A DNA stretch of 57,850 bases, counting the filler, from Asterionella formosa (Eukaryota): the NCBI GenBank assembly GCA_002256025.1. It is 5 parts of 5 records of this genome, joined end to end, with 100 filler letters (N's around TTAATTAATTAA, not from the genome) between each part and the next. Parts side by side here need not be neighbours in the genome. Positions count along the whole stretch, not along the records: positions 23,206 to 34,690 come from NKIB01008442.1; positions 34,791 to 46,274 come from NKIB01008443.1; 3 more parts are not named here. One strand, given 5' to 3'. The notes under the pieces are model-generated. The model was not told the origin of the DNA, did not search any database, and saw nothing but the letters and a program-made list of their open reading frames with translations. Below, piece by piece: positions 23,862 through 37,325 of this stretch (positions within the stretch are counted from its first letter, which is position 1; each line of letters begins with the position of its first letter). Made by a program: the position numbers and the translations under genes.

Positions 23862-24887
23862 ATGGAGGTCAAATCAATATTGCGTTCGACAATGGCGAGG
23901 AGTGCGGTCTATTATCGTGTCTGCCTCCTTGTTCTTTTGCTATCCCCCGCCATGGCGATTACCAACACTACCTCGTTTCTGCCTACCAAGTACACGTCCT
24001 CACCGCCACGAGATGCTGCGTACATCTGGTCCTCGCTCGTTGCTGGAGTTGGCTCGGGGGCTCTGGCTTCCATCGTGTGTGCTCCATTAGATCTATTACG
24101 GACCAGAATGCAAGTTTGGGGGGAAATGAGTCAAAAGAAAATCTCCGCCATGGATTTCCTCAAGTCCATTCAACAAACTGAAGGTGCGATAGGCTATTTT
24201 CGAGGCTTGGGTGCGACACTGGCCACTGTGCCTCTCTTTTGGGGCATTTACTTTCCACTTTACGATGACTTTAAGCATCGATTTGCGCATCAATGCAACT
24301 TCCCACCAGCGGCCACACATTGTGCGAGTGCCATATCAGCAGGTGCCATTGCTGATGTTGTTTGCAATCCACTCTTTTTCGTACGCACTCGACTTCAGAC
24401 CGAAGCCTTGCACAGAACAGCAGGGCAACCAGCACACATGGGGATGATGACCACCGTGAAGCAGCTGTACCAGGAAGGAGGGGTTCTTATTTTTTGGAGA
24501 GGGATATCGGCGAGTCTCTTTGGACTGTCGCATGTCGCAGTGCAGTTTCCGGTGTACGAATATTTAAAAGAACATTTTAGAAATGGACGTGAACACTGCA
24601 CGTCGATGGAGTTATTGGTGGCGTCGGGGGTTTCCAAAATGTTCGCGTCCCTGCTAACGTACCCTCACGAAGTATTGAGGTCCCGTATGATGGACTCAAG
24701 GACGTCGAAAACTTTGCTGCAGACCATTGAGAGAATATTGACAAAGGAAGGGTATCTTGGCTTTTACAGTGGAATTCATATAAGTTTGTTGCGCGTTGTG
24801 CCTAATTGCTGCATTACGTTTTTAAGCTATGAATTATTGCTAAGGCTTGCCAAGGAGAAGTTACAAGCGAGAACCAATAATATATAA
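23862..24887 (+). CDS. Mitochondrial carrier family (SLC25) protein, NAD+/folate-FAD carrier subfamily (NDT-like)
   Basis: Three carrier repeats: PLDLLRTRMQ, PLFFVRTRLQ, YPHEVLRSRM; GLSHVAVQFPVYEYLK as in NDT carriers. Confidence 0.9.
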   Translation: MEVKSILRSTMARSAVYYRVCLLVLLLSPAMAITNTTSFLPTKYTSSPPRDAAYIWSSLVAGVGSGALASIVCAPLDLLRTRMQVWGEMSQKKISAMDFLKSIQQTEGAIGYFRGLGATLATVPLFWGIYFPLYDDFKHRFAHQCNFPPAATHCASAISAGAIADVVCNPLFFVRTRLQTEALHRTAGQPAHMGMMTTVKQLYQEGGVLIFWRGISASLFGLSHVAVQFPVYEYLKEHFRNGREHCTSMELLVASGVSKMFASLLTYPHEVLRSRMMDSRTSKTLLQTIERILTKEGYLGFYSGIHISLLRVVPNCCITFLSYELLLRLAKEKLQARTNNI

Positions 24888-25132
24888 CGATTGTCTATGT
24901 ACTGAAAGATGGTCTCGGCAGTGCTGTTACAGGTCTCAGGTGCATCATGACAAACTACTCGACCGCCGTGGGTTGACTATTACCAGTAAATAGTCCACAC
25001 TTGCGCGGGACTTTAGTGAGCTCGTATTATTTTTCATGGTCAACGTTTTATTTGACACTTTTCAATACTTTTACAAAACATGAAAAAAGTACATAACGAC
25101 TGCTGCATATAATATTAATAGCCATTCTTGTA

Positions 25133-28100
25133 TCATTCCAATGAACAATACTTTGCAACATTGGCAGGGGTCAATTTTCGTCGTCGATAGAACAAAACAT
25201 ATGCCATCTCTGACACAACATTCCGAGGAGGAATGGGCTCTACCAACTCATCGTCAAATTGCAACCACAGTGGTTCCGCGCTTTCAGCAACGCCCTTGGC
25301 GGCTAACGTAGCCATTTGTTTGTGCAAATTGGAAACGGATTCCTTGTCTTTTCTGCCAGGTAACCTCCAGCCATTGCTGATGGAAGAGTCACCCATCACA
25401 TCTTCTACCGGGCCGCTAGCAGTACCGTTGAAATTGTACGCAAGCTCTTCGCTTCCGTCGGGACCACAAGCAGTTGCTTTGCAGGTAGCAACGTAGTGCC
25501 CCCCTGTCATGCCACCATAATGATTCACAACACTTATCAAATCATACACATAGCTATCCTTACCCTCACGAATAGCTGGTGATTCCGGATGACACCATTC
25601 GCTGACATCCAATCCTGTTAGGGGAAAGTTGACCTTTGTGGAAATCTTTTCTCGCCATCTAGCGGAGCAATTGAAGCGTTTGATATGAAATGTCAATAGA
25701 TCGGGGAGACGCCATAGATTCATGTTCTGCTTGCCCTCCCGGTTTTCTTTGCAACGGGGGCATCGCCAGCAGTCATTTAGATCAAGCTGGTTGATCTTGC
25801 AAAATTCATCAAGACAAACTCCCAAATGCATTCCACCAGAGCCTGGCAAATGTCGGGATGTCTTGCAACCTGCTTCTAATATTTGAGACGATGATTTATG
25901 AATCGCCAAATGGGGTGATGTGTACATGATCGGGGAATGACTGTGACCATTGCTGTGACTTGTTTTTTTCTCAGTTGGAAGTTCTCGCCAATGTAGTACA
26001 ATAACGTGGCGAGCACTCATGTAATTACCAATTGTTCGCATCAAAGAAAAAGGGAATGGAACTTCCTCGTTAGAGGGCCCATTGTTACCTAACAAAGTAT
26101 CAGCCGTACTAACACGAACCTCAAAGGGGAGACGCAGTAACATAGAACCAACCTTTTTCACCAAGGCAGCCGACATGACAGTTGCATCGAAGGAAGGGTT
26201 AGAATGATCGATTTCCAAATCAATTTCGTCACTCTCGTTGATTAGGCCAAGAGCCTCTCGAACATAGACTCGGTCGCGTTCCAACAACAAGTCAATCATG
26301 TCAGAAACGGAAGATTGGGCTTTTTCATACATTCTGAGCAGCTTAGTGTCATTCTCCTGAGATCTGTTAACATCGATTTGTCCAGTCGTCAAGCCAGTGC
26401 CAGTTTCTTGCAAATAACGGGACGCTTGTCCCAAAATGTGAGCACCACTTCTTGCCGTACTCCATTCGCTTTCGCACTGTAAGGAGAAACCCTGTCCAAA
26501 GAGGAAGTTGGTCTTTTTCTCCTTGTCGTAAAACCGATGATGCACGAGAAACTCAGTTGGTTTTGGTCGAGGCGTTGCGTGGGAGTACAGTGGTGTGACC
26601 TGGCCCAGATTAAAATGATCTATTGTGTATGTTTCATCCCACTTTGATGAAAAGTTGTCAAAATGAATCTTGACCTTGGTCTTCGCAGCATTGTCATATG
26701 GTTGAGAATGATCGACACTATCATTGATGACACCTTCCATGATCTCGACTACACTTCCAGGGAACCAATGGTCCCGATGATCGATAGCATCAACTCTTAA
26801 ACCAAGTTTGAACTCATTCTCAGTTTTTGGCCATAAACTACGGGAAATCGCCTTTGATATAAGTAGTGGATCAGTATCATAGATACGACATTCTTGTGAG
26901 TCACCGTACACGCTAAGGAGCTGCTTTACCAATTTCATCTCCTTTTGTAACACTGTACAACTCTGATATTTATGTTTGTCTCCAGCTTCATCCTCATCAG
27001 CAGTTGAAACATCATCATTGTCTCCTTCCCCTGTATCATCCCCAATAGGTTCAGGCAGCATTGGTCGAGGCCTCAGAGTCGATTCGAACACAATGATGTG
27101 AGTTGGTGTAGCAGGCGTCACACTAGCGTCATCCGACTGAGAACCTTTGGCAACTTGCACACAAGGCCCCTCCTTATCTGGCAAGGGAGTAAATCTGGTG
27201 TGTCGTTTTATGGGCAGATGATCTCCTGTTTCCGAGTTCACAATGACTTCTTCCGCCCTGCACAGCCTCATCCGAGTAGTTGCGATACCAGAAATATTTT
27301 GCAATCGCAAGCGCAAATCTCCGATATCTGCCAATCTTGACATTTCAATAACATATTGCTCACTCACAAATCGCTCGGATGGAGGCATGAGATCATCCGG
27401 TATTTCTTTCAATTCAAAACGGTCTTTGTTGCTGTTCCCCTTTTTGGACTTATTCAGAACCTTTGGGCTATTGGCAAATGAAGCTCGGCGAACCACTGTG
27501 CACTGAAAAACCACATCGGCAACTGTTGGGAAAGGAATTGAAAGAAGATTAAATGGATCGAAGTTTCGACTTGCGAAGTGGCATTTGGGGCACGTTACAG
27601 TATTCAACACCTGACCCATTGCTATGTCGGCCATTATCGACCGATTTCGTCGTAGGAACCGTCGCCATGCCTCTTCGCCCACACGAGATAAACTATTTTC
27701 TTTCACCCAATCATCTTCCAATGCCTCAACATAGGGCTTCTGCTTCACTCTGTTACTATCTTCGTGAAGGACATCCAGCATATAGTTCAGCAATTCTTGA
27801 GCATCTTGCTGGTCCGCTGCAGCAAATTGGGATCTATGTTTGCCAAGTAGACCACGAAATCTAGTTGGGGATCGCTCACCATATTTTCCACTCCACATTA
27901 TCCTCATAAGCTCAGCAAACTCCTCCAAGAGTTTTCCGCCAGTTCCAAGTGGATTATCCTTGTTCAAGTCTCCTGTCGCCTTGTACTGCGAACTAATTAA
28001 GTACGATCGCAGCATCGGCAAGTAGCTGATGCACTGAATAGCAGCATTGGCGTAACACGTGTTTCCAAGGTTGTTTAGGCCGCACGCTCCATAGCCCGGT

Positions 28101-31100
28101 AGAGTGCAAATTTTGACAGCCATCGGATCGCTAGTATCATTTACAGTCTTTTTACCAGCAACCGCATTCTTTGCCTTCTCCGTTGGGGACTTGACATGAC
28201 TATGGAGCGAGCCTTCATCCTCCTTATCAATAGTGAAGCGACCTGCTACAGCAAGGCGATCAGAGTCGACGTCAATCCATTCGGACCCACCAGATCCATT
28301 CTCGGAAAAATCAACGAGAATATGCTTGATTTCACCGGTCTCAACTCTTCTCGGAGTCTGAGCGACAGGCACGTTTCCAAAACCATCGATTCTTTCCATT
28401 TGCTCCTCCTGGTCCTGGGTCACAACTTCAGCTTTCGCACGTTCGGCTTGAACAATTTCTGCTTGGAACCACCTTCCAGTAGAGTCCATTGCATCAATAG
28501 TTATGCCAACAAGGTTGGGAGGTGGTTCAAGCAACACCCCATTTTCATCGACGCAACGAAGCATACTTCGGAACTTCAAGTCTTCGTCGGCTAAGCGGCG
28601 AACACGACCAGCCTTTGCAGCTGCTTCACGAGGCCAGATAAAATCGCTGTTTTTGTTCAAGACAGCATATTCCACCATGATGCGATCATTGTTGGTCAGT
28701 CCCACACCTTCAACGGTTGCTCCGTCGGCGTACGCTTGCCAGTCCTCCTTCAGCTCCTGAAAAAGGTCATCATTGTCATAGTTCAGGTTCAAAATCGGAA
28801 AGAGAGCGGATCTACTCTTGCAGAGTAAACTCCAAGGTCCGTAACGTGAGACTGGTTCAGTTCCACTTGAGGGATCAATTCGCTTCCATAATCTGGCTTG
28901 GCCTCGGCCTTCTGGGTCCATGGATCGGCTACTATGAATCTGGAGTCGAACAACAACTTCAGCATAGAGCCTCCATAAAGGTTGATCTGGGGTCGCCATT
29001 ACTCGAATCGACATAGGTCCCGTGTCACCCCGACGATACGGTTGGGTTGCATCACACAAATGAAAATGCAAAATCCAGGGATGCGTTGCCACCATGAAGA
29101 TTTCTGGGATTTTAACTAGATGATTTGGGTTGCTTTCAGAACACATTATGACTTCAATGCAATCGGCATCTTCCATGATTTTGCCTTCGCCGGACAGGCT
29201 TCTGTCTCTGGCGCTCTCTATTCGCCGGGGAGGAACTACCATTCTTGGTAGAGGAGGTCCACCTGCATACAATTCATACAAGATATCCCACACCCCTGTA
29301 GGCACTAACATATAATCAAAACCTTTCTGGAGATCTTTCTTCATAATTTCATATGACCCCAGAGTTCCGGCGACGCTTACGTCAGAAAATCTGTCCAGCA
29401 AACGTTCCGTCGACAAATCTGACGGTCTCAGTCTTGACAACACAGTAGGTGTGCCATCATCCCACGACCAACCAACGTATTCGGCCCAAGAATCCCACCA
29501 TGATTTTTCGATAACATACATAACCCCGTGTCCTAATCCACCCCGGCCATCAAATCCACCAATCCCTCCCCATGTTCGGGCTTGTGCATGCACATGTTGA
29601 TCTCTCTTGGCAAACCCATGAAATCCCTGAACGCAGTTTGAAAATGAATCAAAAGGCAATACCTCTCCATCCTCCAAAGACCACAATTTAAAATCAGTTT
29701 GTTGCCACGCCTGCCATTCCTGGGCCACTAAATCGCGTTCAATTTCGGGCGAAGGCAAAATCCCCGAAGCTAATAATTTGTGCATCACGATATCTAAATC
29801 AAAATCTGACAAGGCAGCAGTCGCCCACATCTCAAAATCTTCCATTGTCCAAGCAGCCGCTTTTGACAAATGTGGTTCACATGCCGTCTTGTATCCGCCA
29901 AAGTCCTTTGCCGAGTACTTTGTCCTGGAATTGCCATGACGCACACTCCGTAGTGACCGCATCAATTCCGTATCACGCAGTTCTTCATGTTGGTTTTGTA
30001 GAACTTCAATGGATCCACTGTCCCTTCGAGCCCCACGTCCTCGCCCTGACTTTTCTGGTGATCGCTCCGTTCCATTGTTGGTTGTACCATCATGTGTTGA
30101 GCTTCTACTTATTTTACTGGTATTATTGTTCATGAGATTAGCAATTGCTTCCATGACGTGTAGAGAATGAATGGTGAGTGCTTTGTGTGGCTTCGTTTTT
30201 GGCTCCTCGTCATTAGTTGTTATACTTGTCAACGACGTTCCAAAGTAGTAATAATGCGACATGGAGGCCAAACTGAAGATAACATCTGAATCCACCTCCA
30301 GCAACCAGGTGGGTAGGCCCCCGGAGGGATGTGTCATGAGAAAGGTAGAAAGCGTTTTGGGTGGAAGGAATAGGTAAAATAGCAGCTGCAGCCTTTGGTT
30401 TCTCGTTCCTCCTGTTACATGAAAATGAAAAGTGCCCCAGATGTGTATGCATGTATGTAAATGTATATATAGGTTAGTGCCAAGACTCAAACATACATTG
30501 GAAACAAAGGATACAAAAACTTACGCAGCCCCAATCCTAAGCAAAAGCAAATGGAGCTCATGCAAGCACCGAAAACACCTTCGGACTCATCTTTGGTATA
30601 CAGTGTAAGCGACGGCACTGGAGGAGCTTCCGAATGTCCCCCATTGTATTTGTTCACGTCCCGTTCCAATCCCGCTTTTTTGGCACTATCAATAGCAATA
30701 GCTGATGTGCGATCCCAGAGGTTTTCCGAAGAAAGATGTGCCAACAACGTGTATACATTAGCAAATATATCCAACGAAGTAGTAGTCTTGTGATGCGGTC
30801 TCCAGTCAACACAGGTTTCTCTCCACAATCCATCACCTGCCACGAAGATGCTTCTGACAACTGTTTCATCAAGTTGATGGTATTTTTCCACCCAGACTCT
30901 GGATTCGCCTGTATTGAACGTCGCCGTGTTGGTGAATCTCGCAATCATGGTTTTATTCGTGGGTGGTGTCTTGGGTAGTTTCGCAGTCACTTGCCGGACT
31001 CGTCGTTGAATCAAGACAACTTCCGTCGATCCGAGTCGATTGATATGGTGTCGCCTCCGTTCCGACAGTACAGCGTGTACATCTGAAGGATCTAGTAGGT

Positions 31101-31488
31101 TGTCTTGCAGTTGCTTCCAAATAACCAGCGTCCAAAGAGGCGACAATGAGACAGGCGTGACTGGCGCTACCGACGAATCTGTAACATTCGAAGTGACTGA
31201 TGATGATTCGCAGCCATTGGTGACGGATGGCTTGTTGGTATTTTGTGTCGAGTTATGTGTGCTGTTGCTGTCCGACATATTGAGGGGCGATTGCGGCAGA
31301 GGCGTGGCGTCTCCATGTGAGGAATGATTCGCTGACGACGTGGTGGTGGGTTGCCTGCCAGCAGCAGCAGCAGCAGCAGTTGCGGTGGCCTTCCTTGACG
31401 CCGCTACATTCGCCTTCGTTGCTGCCGCTGCTGCTGCCGGGCGTATAGCCGTCGAAGACGCCACTGGCTTGCTTTGAGAGCAGCCCAT
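25133..31488 (-). CDS. Large ubiquitin-specific protease (C19) with DUSP domain, USP32/USP15-like, ~2080 aa; join(31488..30525,30411..25133)
   Basis: Cys box GLNNLGNTCYANAAIQC, QQDAQEL, His box VVNHYGGMTGGHY, WLQFDD, AYVLFYRRR; DUSP (WWDSWAEYV...VWDILYELYAGGP); intron 30412..30524 joins the two ORFs in frame; MGCSQSK start. Confidence 0.92.
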
Positions 31489-31989
31489 GGACACTGTTTA
31501 AGATGTCAATAAAAGTCTGGCCTTTTGTAATATTTTGATGTGAAATATCAATTGAATCATATGACATACCGGTATGATACGGTACCTGGTACCAGGTACC
31601 AGGTAGGAGTACCCACTACATGGACCTGGTACTACCGGTATAGTATATACCGGTAGTATGTATATCCATGTACAAGCAAATCTAGGATATATCCAATGAT
31701 GAAAGCGCACGCAAGGCGGTAATAAAATGGCTGAGCGATGATTCTTAATTTCATGCAGGCAGAGGAACGATTTTGTGCATCACGAGTGATTCGTGATGCT
31801 ACATTTATCTCAAGATGAATTGATACGCACATTCAAAATAGCAAGAACAGAAGAGAACGAGTAACGGTATACCTGCAAGCTAAGGTAAGCGAGCAATTTA
31901 GCTTTGTTTTCCTTATAGTAAAAACCGTCTTTTACCGCTATACCTTGTAAAACAGTCGTAAGGAGTACCTATGAATTCTTGGATTCTTG

Positions 31990-32310
31990 GAATTACAGAC
32001 GGAGGACGGCGTGCTGCTGAAGGTTTCCCAAGTTTGCGAACTTCCTTCTTCTTCCTGCTATATAATGAACAGGTAAATGATGATTTGGGATCTGGTTCTT
32101 GGGTTGCCTGTTTTGTTGAGCACATTCCATATTGCTAGCCGGTTTGGCATAAGTCCGAATGTCTTTTTTGTAGTACTCAAGTGAAGTTGAGCGCCCAAAT
32201 GTTGGATTTTCATCATGTGATGGATCTGGCTGACCAAAAACCATGAGAGCCAGCATCCATTTCTTGTACTAGATGTCATCTGGTTGGATTTCATGGAGCC
32301 GCTGCTCATC
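31990..32310 (-). pseudogene. Frameshifted relic of a stramenopile repeated ORF family, probably a Crypton-type tyrosine-recombinase element
   Basis: Three overlapping frames assemble to VFGQPDPSHDENPTFGRSTSLEYYKK / MPNRLAIWNVLNKTGNP.TRS / KKKEVRKLGKPSAARRP, which I recall from multicopy oomycete/diatom proteins; Crypton assignment is from memory. Confidence 0.55.
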
Positions 32311-32522
32311 ACTAAACTCATAACCTTTACCATAAATTATCCTATATTTGTAGTAAATAATGGAAAGAAGTGTGCTCTTCCTTGTATCATATCTCGCATT
32401 GTAGAGGCTCATTCAACATATGTCATTGTCTTGTCCTGTTAATAATTTTTCAATATTTTTTAAAATCCTACCATGACGGCACAATGAAATTCGATGATTG
32501 CTTGCTGGATGATACTAATTTA

Positions 32523-33259
32523 CCAGCAAGTTGCGGTCATTTTGCCAAAACTGAACTTTGGCGGTGGCAGGCACTCAAACTCAAATCCTCCGGTAGAAAT
32601 TCCTAATGGTTTCGCGCTGGCCTATTAAATTCAATTTTATCCTCCTGGTATGAATAATATGAACATGCATACCGGCCGTACACAACATGCATGATTTTCT
32701 CTGTATACATACATATATTTATTTATACAATTATCATGAATCGAACATGATAAATTGCCCATAACCATTGAAAAAAATTGTCAATCAAATCTTATAGTAC
32801 GTTAAAGCTATCCAATCGTGCCCAAATAAATGAACACAATTTGTACCGGTTTTATTCGTCCGTAGGGTACAATGGGACCTGTCTCCTTGTCAACCAGCCA
32901 CACACCCCAAAACCCTAGGGACTACATAAAAGAACTACAGGTGGAGAATGAAGGAATCTTAGTACCCGCCACCTCATGAGGTGGGCTAACCACTAAGCCA
33001 TTCCCCAAATGTTTCTTAGGATACAAGAAGTATCGATAGCAAGTAGTGAAATTGAGATTGGTAAAATGAGTTTCACCATAAAATAGTTCCTACCAAATCT
33101 TATTCCAGCATAACATTATTCAAATAAATCATGCCATGAATGAAAGATAACCGTTGTTTGTCTGAGCTGCCAGCGCATTTATTTAAGTACTAGATCAGCA
33201 GGCGTGAATATCAGCAATGTCCAAATCGTCGTTTTGGCGAATTTCCCGCAACTTGCAGG
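32523..33259. mobile_element. TA-flanked MITE family A, complete copy (737 bp)
   Basis: TA|CCAGCAAGTTGCGGTCATTTTGCCAAAAC ... GTTTTGGCGAATTTCCCGCAACTTGCAGG|TA. Confidence 0.78.
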
Positions 33260-34579
33260 TACCACCAGGTGCATATTTTATGATCTCCTAATCTCCACCA
33301 AGAAGCCAGTCGATCTTTGATGAGAATGCACGATATTTCCTTTGACGGTAAAAATTCAATGATAACTCAACATGTAGATTCCAAGGTTTCTACACCAGTA
33401 TATGTCAACAATCATCCATGAGAATACCCAGATTTTCTGATGGATGCTGAAGATAATGAATCATGTTCGGTTTTGATTGAATCCGTTGTTGTCACACCAA
33501 CAAAGATTGCAAAGAATTAACGCAATTCAATAATTGTACATGAAAATAATTTTTCCAGGATGGATAGTAATGAAGAGGAACATCCAGATGACAATAATAG
33601 ATCTCTTTTCATGCCCACAAAGATAAAACTGAAATAGAAAAATCATCATTGTTCATTAATCAAACTTCCGAGGAGGATGTTGTGGAAGAGATCAGTTTGT
33701 CGAAGAACAGATATCACACAGTCATCAGTACTGTGTTATTTTTGTCCAAATTCGTTATGTCCAAAGGTAGACCTGCTCGAAATTATCTTCAATCGTATGA
33801 AAAGGAAAAAGAATTTGTCGAAGTTACCATCTAAGAGAATCCTGAAGACAATACATTTATTGAGGTGACTCCATGTGAATTCTATCATCTTCCTTTCCCT
33901 ATTAGAAGATTCATGTCCATGAACATTCCGAAAAGGAAATCCCAATTTGTGCGATATGCTGAAGTCCAAAGCTGGAACAAAGCGGCGGTTTTTGTTGGAG
34001 AAGGCAGAGTTTCTCTTCACCTAGAGACTCCCCAAAGACAAACACGGTATGGCCACAAAATTCTCACAGCACACAAACAAAGATATCTACTTTCGTCACC
34101 GGTTGAAAGATGAAGTGAGGAATTGATAACGGCACTACAGCATCGCTAAGCACACACGAAAATTTTCGACTCATTCGAGAGAGTGTCTCCACCACCTTTT
34201 CCCGATGGACTAGTGCCTAGAGTCACCATATATGTTGGGTTGATACAGGGTGAGTTTTGTTTCTTCTAAATTTGGGCTTAGTTTGCCAGGGAGCGCTACA
34301 CACCAGCCTCCTCTACCAAATATAGAGTAGACTTAAAGAGATTAATAAATTCAGTTACTATATATTTGGTGACAAAAGAAGTGAAAGTAAACTTTCCCCA
34401 ACTTGGGTTGTCCCACACAAAATTGGGTGCATTCTGATATTAACAAATATTATTGCAACCATGTGTATTACATCTAAGACGCGAAATACGCCACTTTTCG
34501 AAATTTCGTCTACGTATGAGTGTTAATTATGTGGTACTTCACATGCATTAATGCCACTCTTCACGTAAAAAAGATTACT

Positions 34580-34624
34580 TTTAACGGTTTCATGTGAAGT
34601 TTTAACTGTTTCATGTGAAGTTTT
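34580..34624. repeat. Tandem duplication of ~21 bp (TTTAACnGTTTCATGTGAAGT)
   Basis: Two adjacent copies. Confidence 0.7.
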
Positions 34625-34690
34625 CACAATGAATTTTGAACGCGAGACTGAATTAGTTGATGTTTCAAATAATTCATTTGACTTTTCGAA

Positions 34691-34790
34691 NNNNNNNNNN
34701 NNNNNNNNNNNNNNNNNNNNNNNNNNNNNNNNNNTTAATTAATTAANNNNNNNNNNNNNNNNNNNNNNNNNNNNNNNNNNNNNNNNNNNN
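34691..34790. other. Artificial scaffold linker 3
   Basis: N44-TTAATTAATTAA-N44. Confidence 0.97.
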
Positions 34791-37325
34791 AAAGCCAGTC
34801 AATTGCCGAAATTTTCTAACAACGACATTCATCTCCGTAGCCACAATTTCAATGATGACATCGTGATGTTGTTGCGACATGAAATAGAGCACATCCATCA
34901 GCTGATCATTTGCAAATTCTCTCATATTTGGTATAGTTTTAAGGGAGATATCATTCAAAGTCGCCCCTAACTTGCCACTCCTCTTTTCAGGCGCTAGATC
35001 AAATGTGGGCTGTCGCTGTGACTGTAATGCAAAGGCTTCATGCCACTCACAGGGTAGATATTCGACTCGTCCGCTCATTGATGCAAGAGATTCTTGATTG
35101 CTTTGGACCTCGTTATGGTTCTTCCTCAAATAACCACAACAATCGATGATGGACGATAGACTTGGCAGGGACATACCCATGACGTCTACCGAACGTAACA
35201 TTTCGCCAATTCCGTGGACAATGAGAACTAAGTGGTGCGTTTGCTCAAAGCACTTACTTTCATCTACAATTTTGGTTTCTGGATATGCAAGCATCTCGGA
35301 TGCCATTGATCTCACAGCAGTTACCTGCACAGAACTTCTCAAACCATCTCTTTCTTCGGAATCGGTCTCCAGAAGCTCCCAGTCTGATTCGTCGGGAACG
35401 ATGGTGTCGCAATTTGCGTTGTGAAATGGGGAACTATCTACAGTCAAATCATTGTCGGAAAGTGTGCATGTCGATCTTTCTTTGGATTCTTTTCGTTGGA
35501 ATCGCAGACCTCGATATACACGTCGTTTAAAAATTGAGAATGCCCCACCGAGAGTCTTCTGGATGGCCGTAGCTTGAGTCAATGAGCTGAACTGTATCAG
35601 TTGTTGCTCCGAGCCATCCGGACTAGCAACTTGGACAGTTAAGAGTACCCCATCAATGTCTACTTTCCGCATTCCGTTGCCATTCTGCCATTTCAGAAAC
35701 AAATACGCGTCCTCCAGAATAGCCGCGCTCTCTTCAGTGTATGGTTGAAGTCCGTGTCGTTGTGTGTCTAAGAACCAAACTGATCTACATACGTCATCCC
35801 CTTGTCCATGAAATCTCCAAAACGTTGGCCTCATTATCATCGCTGTTGCAGGAGGTAAATGATAAACCTCTTCTTCTGATGAAAATGGCAGGCACTCGAC
35901 GCAGAGGTCCCCGTTCTTTTTTAGTGCAAGGGGAGTCTTGACCTCTCCAAACCAATGTCGACAACGAGCACAAGCTGGAAGAAAAGAGATTGCATGTCGT
36001 TTCTGATCCACCAAGACATCATCATTGTTGGGACTGTACCATTGTGCAATAGTTGGAAATTTCTGACATTCATTTCCTACTGGTGGATGTGATCCTTCGA
36101 TTGCGGACGTACTCAATGAATCGTCACTATTGGTGCTTATTTTTTTGAGGTAATTAGCTTCGAGAACTATTCTCTCACCTTCTGTAAATCTAACCCACGG
36201 TACATCCTTGCCAGGTTTCTTCCCGTTTTGATAGGGTAGTCGAAAGTAGACGGCTTTGATATCATTTTCAACGTCCACTTCGTTGGTATGAATCAAAAAT
36301 GCCGGTTCTAACGATCTATATGAGGGATTGGAGGACAACCATTCATCCTCTTTTGTTACCTCGCCCCCTCTCTCTCGCAGGAGACCGCTAAGTACAAGGT
36401 CACGATATAATTGTCGATTGTGAATTCGAATGTGACCAATAAGTTCGTATCGCTCCACAATTTCGGTTATGGATAAATATCGCTCGCAGATGTGATCCAA
36501 GACTTCGATCTTGTGTAGTTTATCAAGCGTAGCATAAGGTCCACTCCCTAGAACTTTCCATTGAGTATGCATCAATGTTCTCGTAATGTTGGCGTCCATG
36601 CGCTTGGTGTAGAAGTAAATCTCCCTCCCGGCCGTACTTAACGCCCACTTGGTGGCTGTCAACATGGCATCGACGGAGTCTCGGACCACGTCTTTGGATG
36701 GAATGGGGTATTGAACAATCTTCCAAGCTTTCTGAATAATTTCGACACTTATGACAAGTGCTGGAGCAAGAAAGTTGTCGCCAATTACCGGAACCTGCTT
36801 CACCAACCCCAGTGATGATTCTGCTAAATGAGCGGCTTCGGGAGATTGTAGAAAGCGCCCTGTTCCTGTAACAATACTCTCCATCCCTCCAAAAGCAGGC
36901 AATAAAATCCAATCTTTAACCGGGAGCAATAGTCCATGTTCTAGGCCATTGGCTCCCGCCTTGGCTGCTCCATAGAGGCCATGCGCTGAGTGAACAGATG
37001 CGACGAGCAAGCCACGAAGTGCATTGTACGTAGCTTCCCAATGGTCAACAGCTGATTGCGCGACATCAATGGAAGCATCGTTGGAATCCCAAATCTATAA
37101 ATGACAAAAACGTGTGTAGCAAGCAGTTTCATGTTCATGAGTGACTTCATGTAAAGAATCATCAGATCAGTGAAATAAATAAATAAAGATTTGATTCGCT
37201 CTCACCATTCTTTTACTAGTCAGAGCGGCTCGTTTAGAGACCTGTCTCAGCGTCAGGCGCTTCTGTAGCGGGCGATGCCGCCGAGGGGGCAGCCCATCCT
37301 TATTTCCTTGCCATTTACTCGCCAT
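34791..37325 (-). CDS. DDHD-family phospholipase A1-like protein, 3' truncated; join(37325..37206,37094..34791)
   Basis: HLVLIVHGIGE, VEYLPCEWH, LNDISLKTIPNMREFANDQLMDVLYF; phase-0 intron 37095..37205 (GTGAG...TAG) in frame; GxSxG and DDHD domain would lie beyond the scaffold end. Confidence 0.85.

Noticed and set aside
33300..34130. Degraded coding-like acidic sequence
   Set aside because: Multiple stops and no identifiable family; probably TE debris
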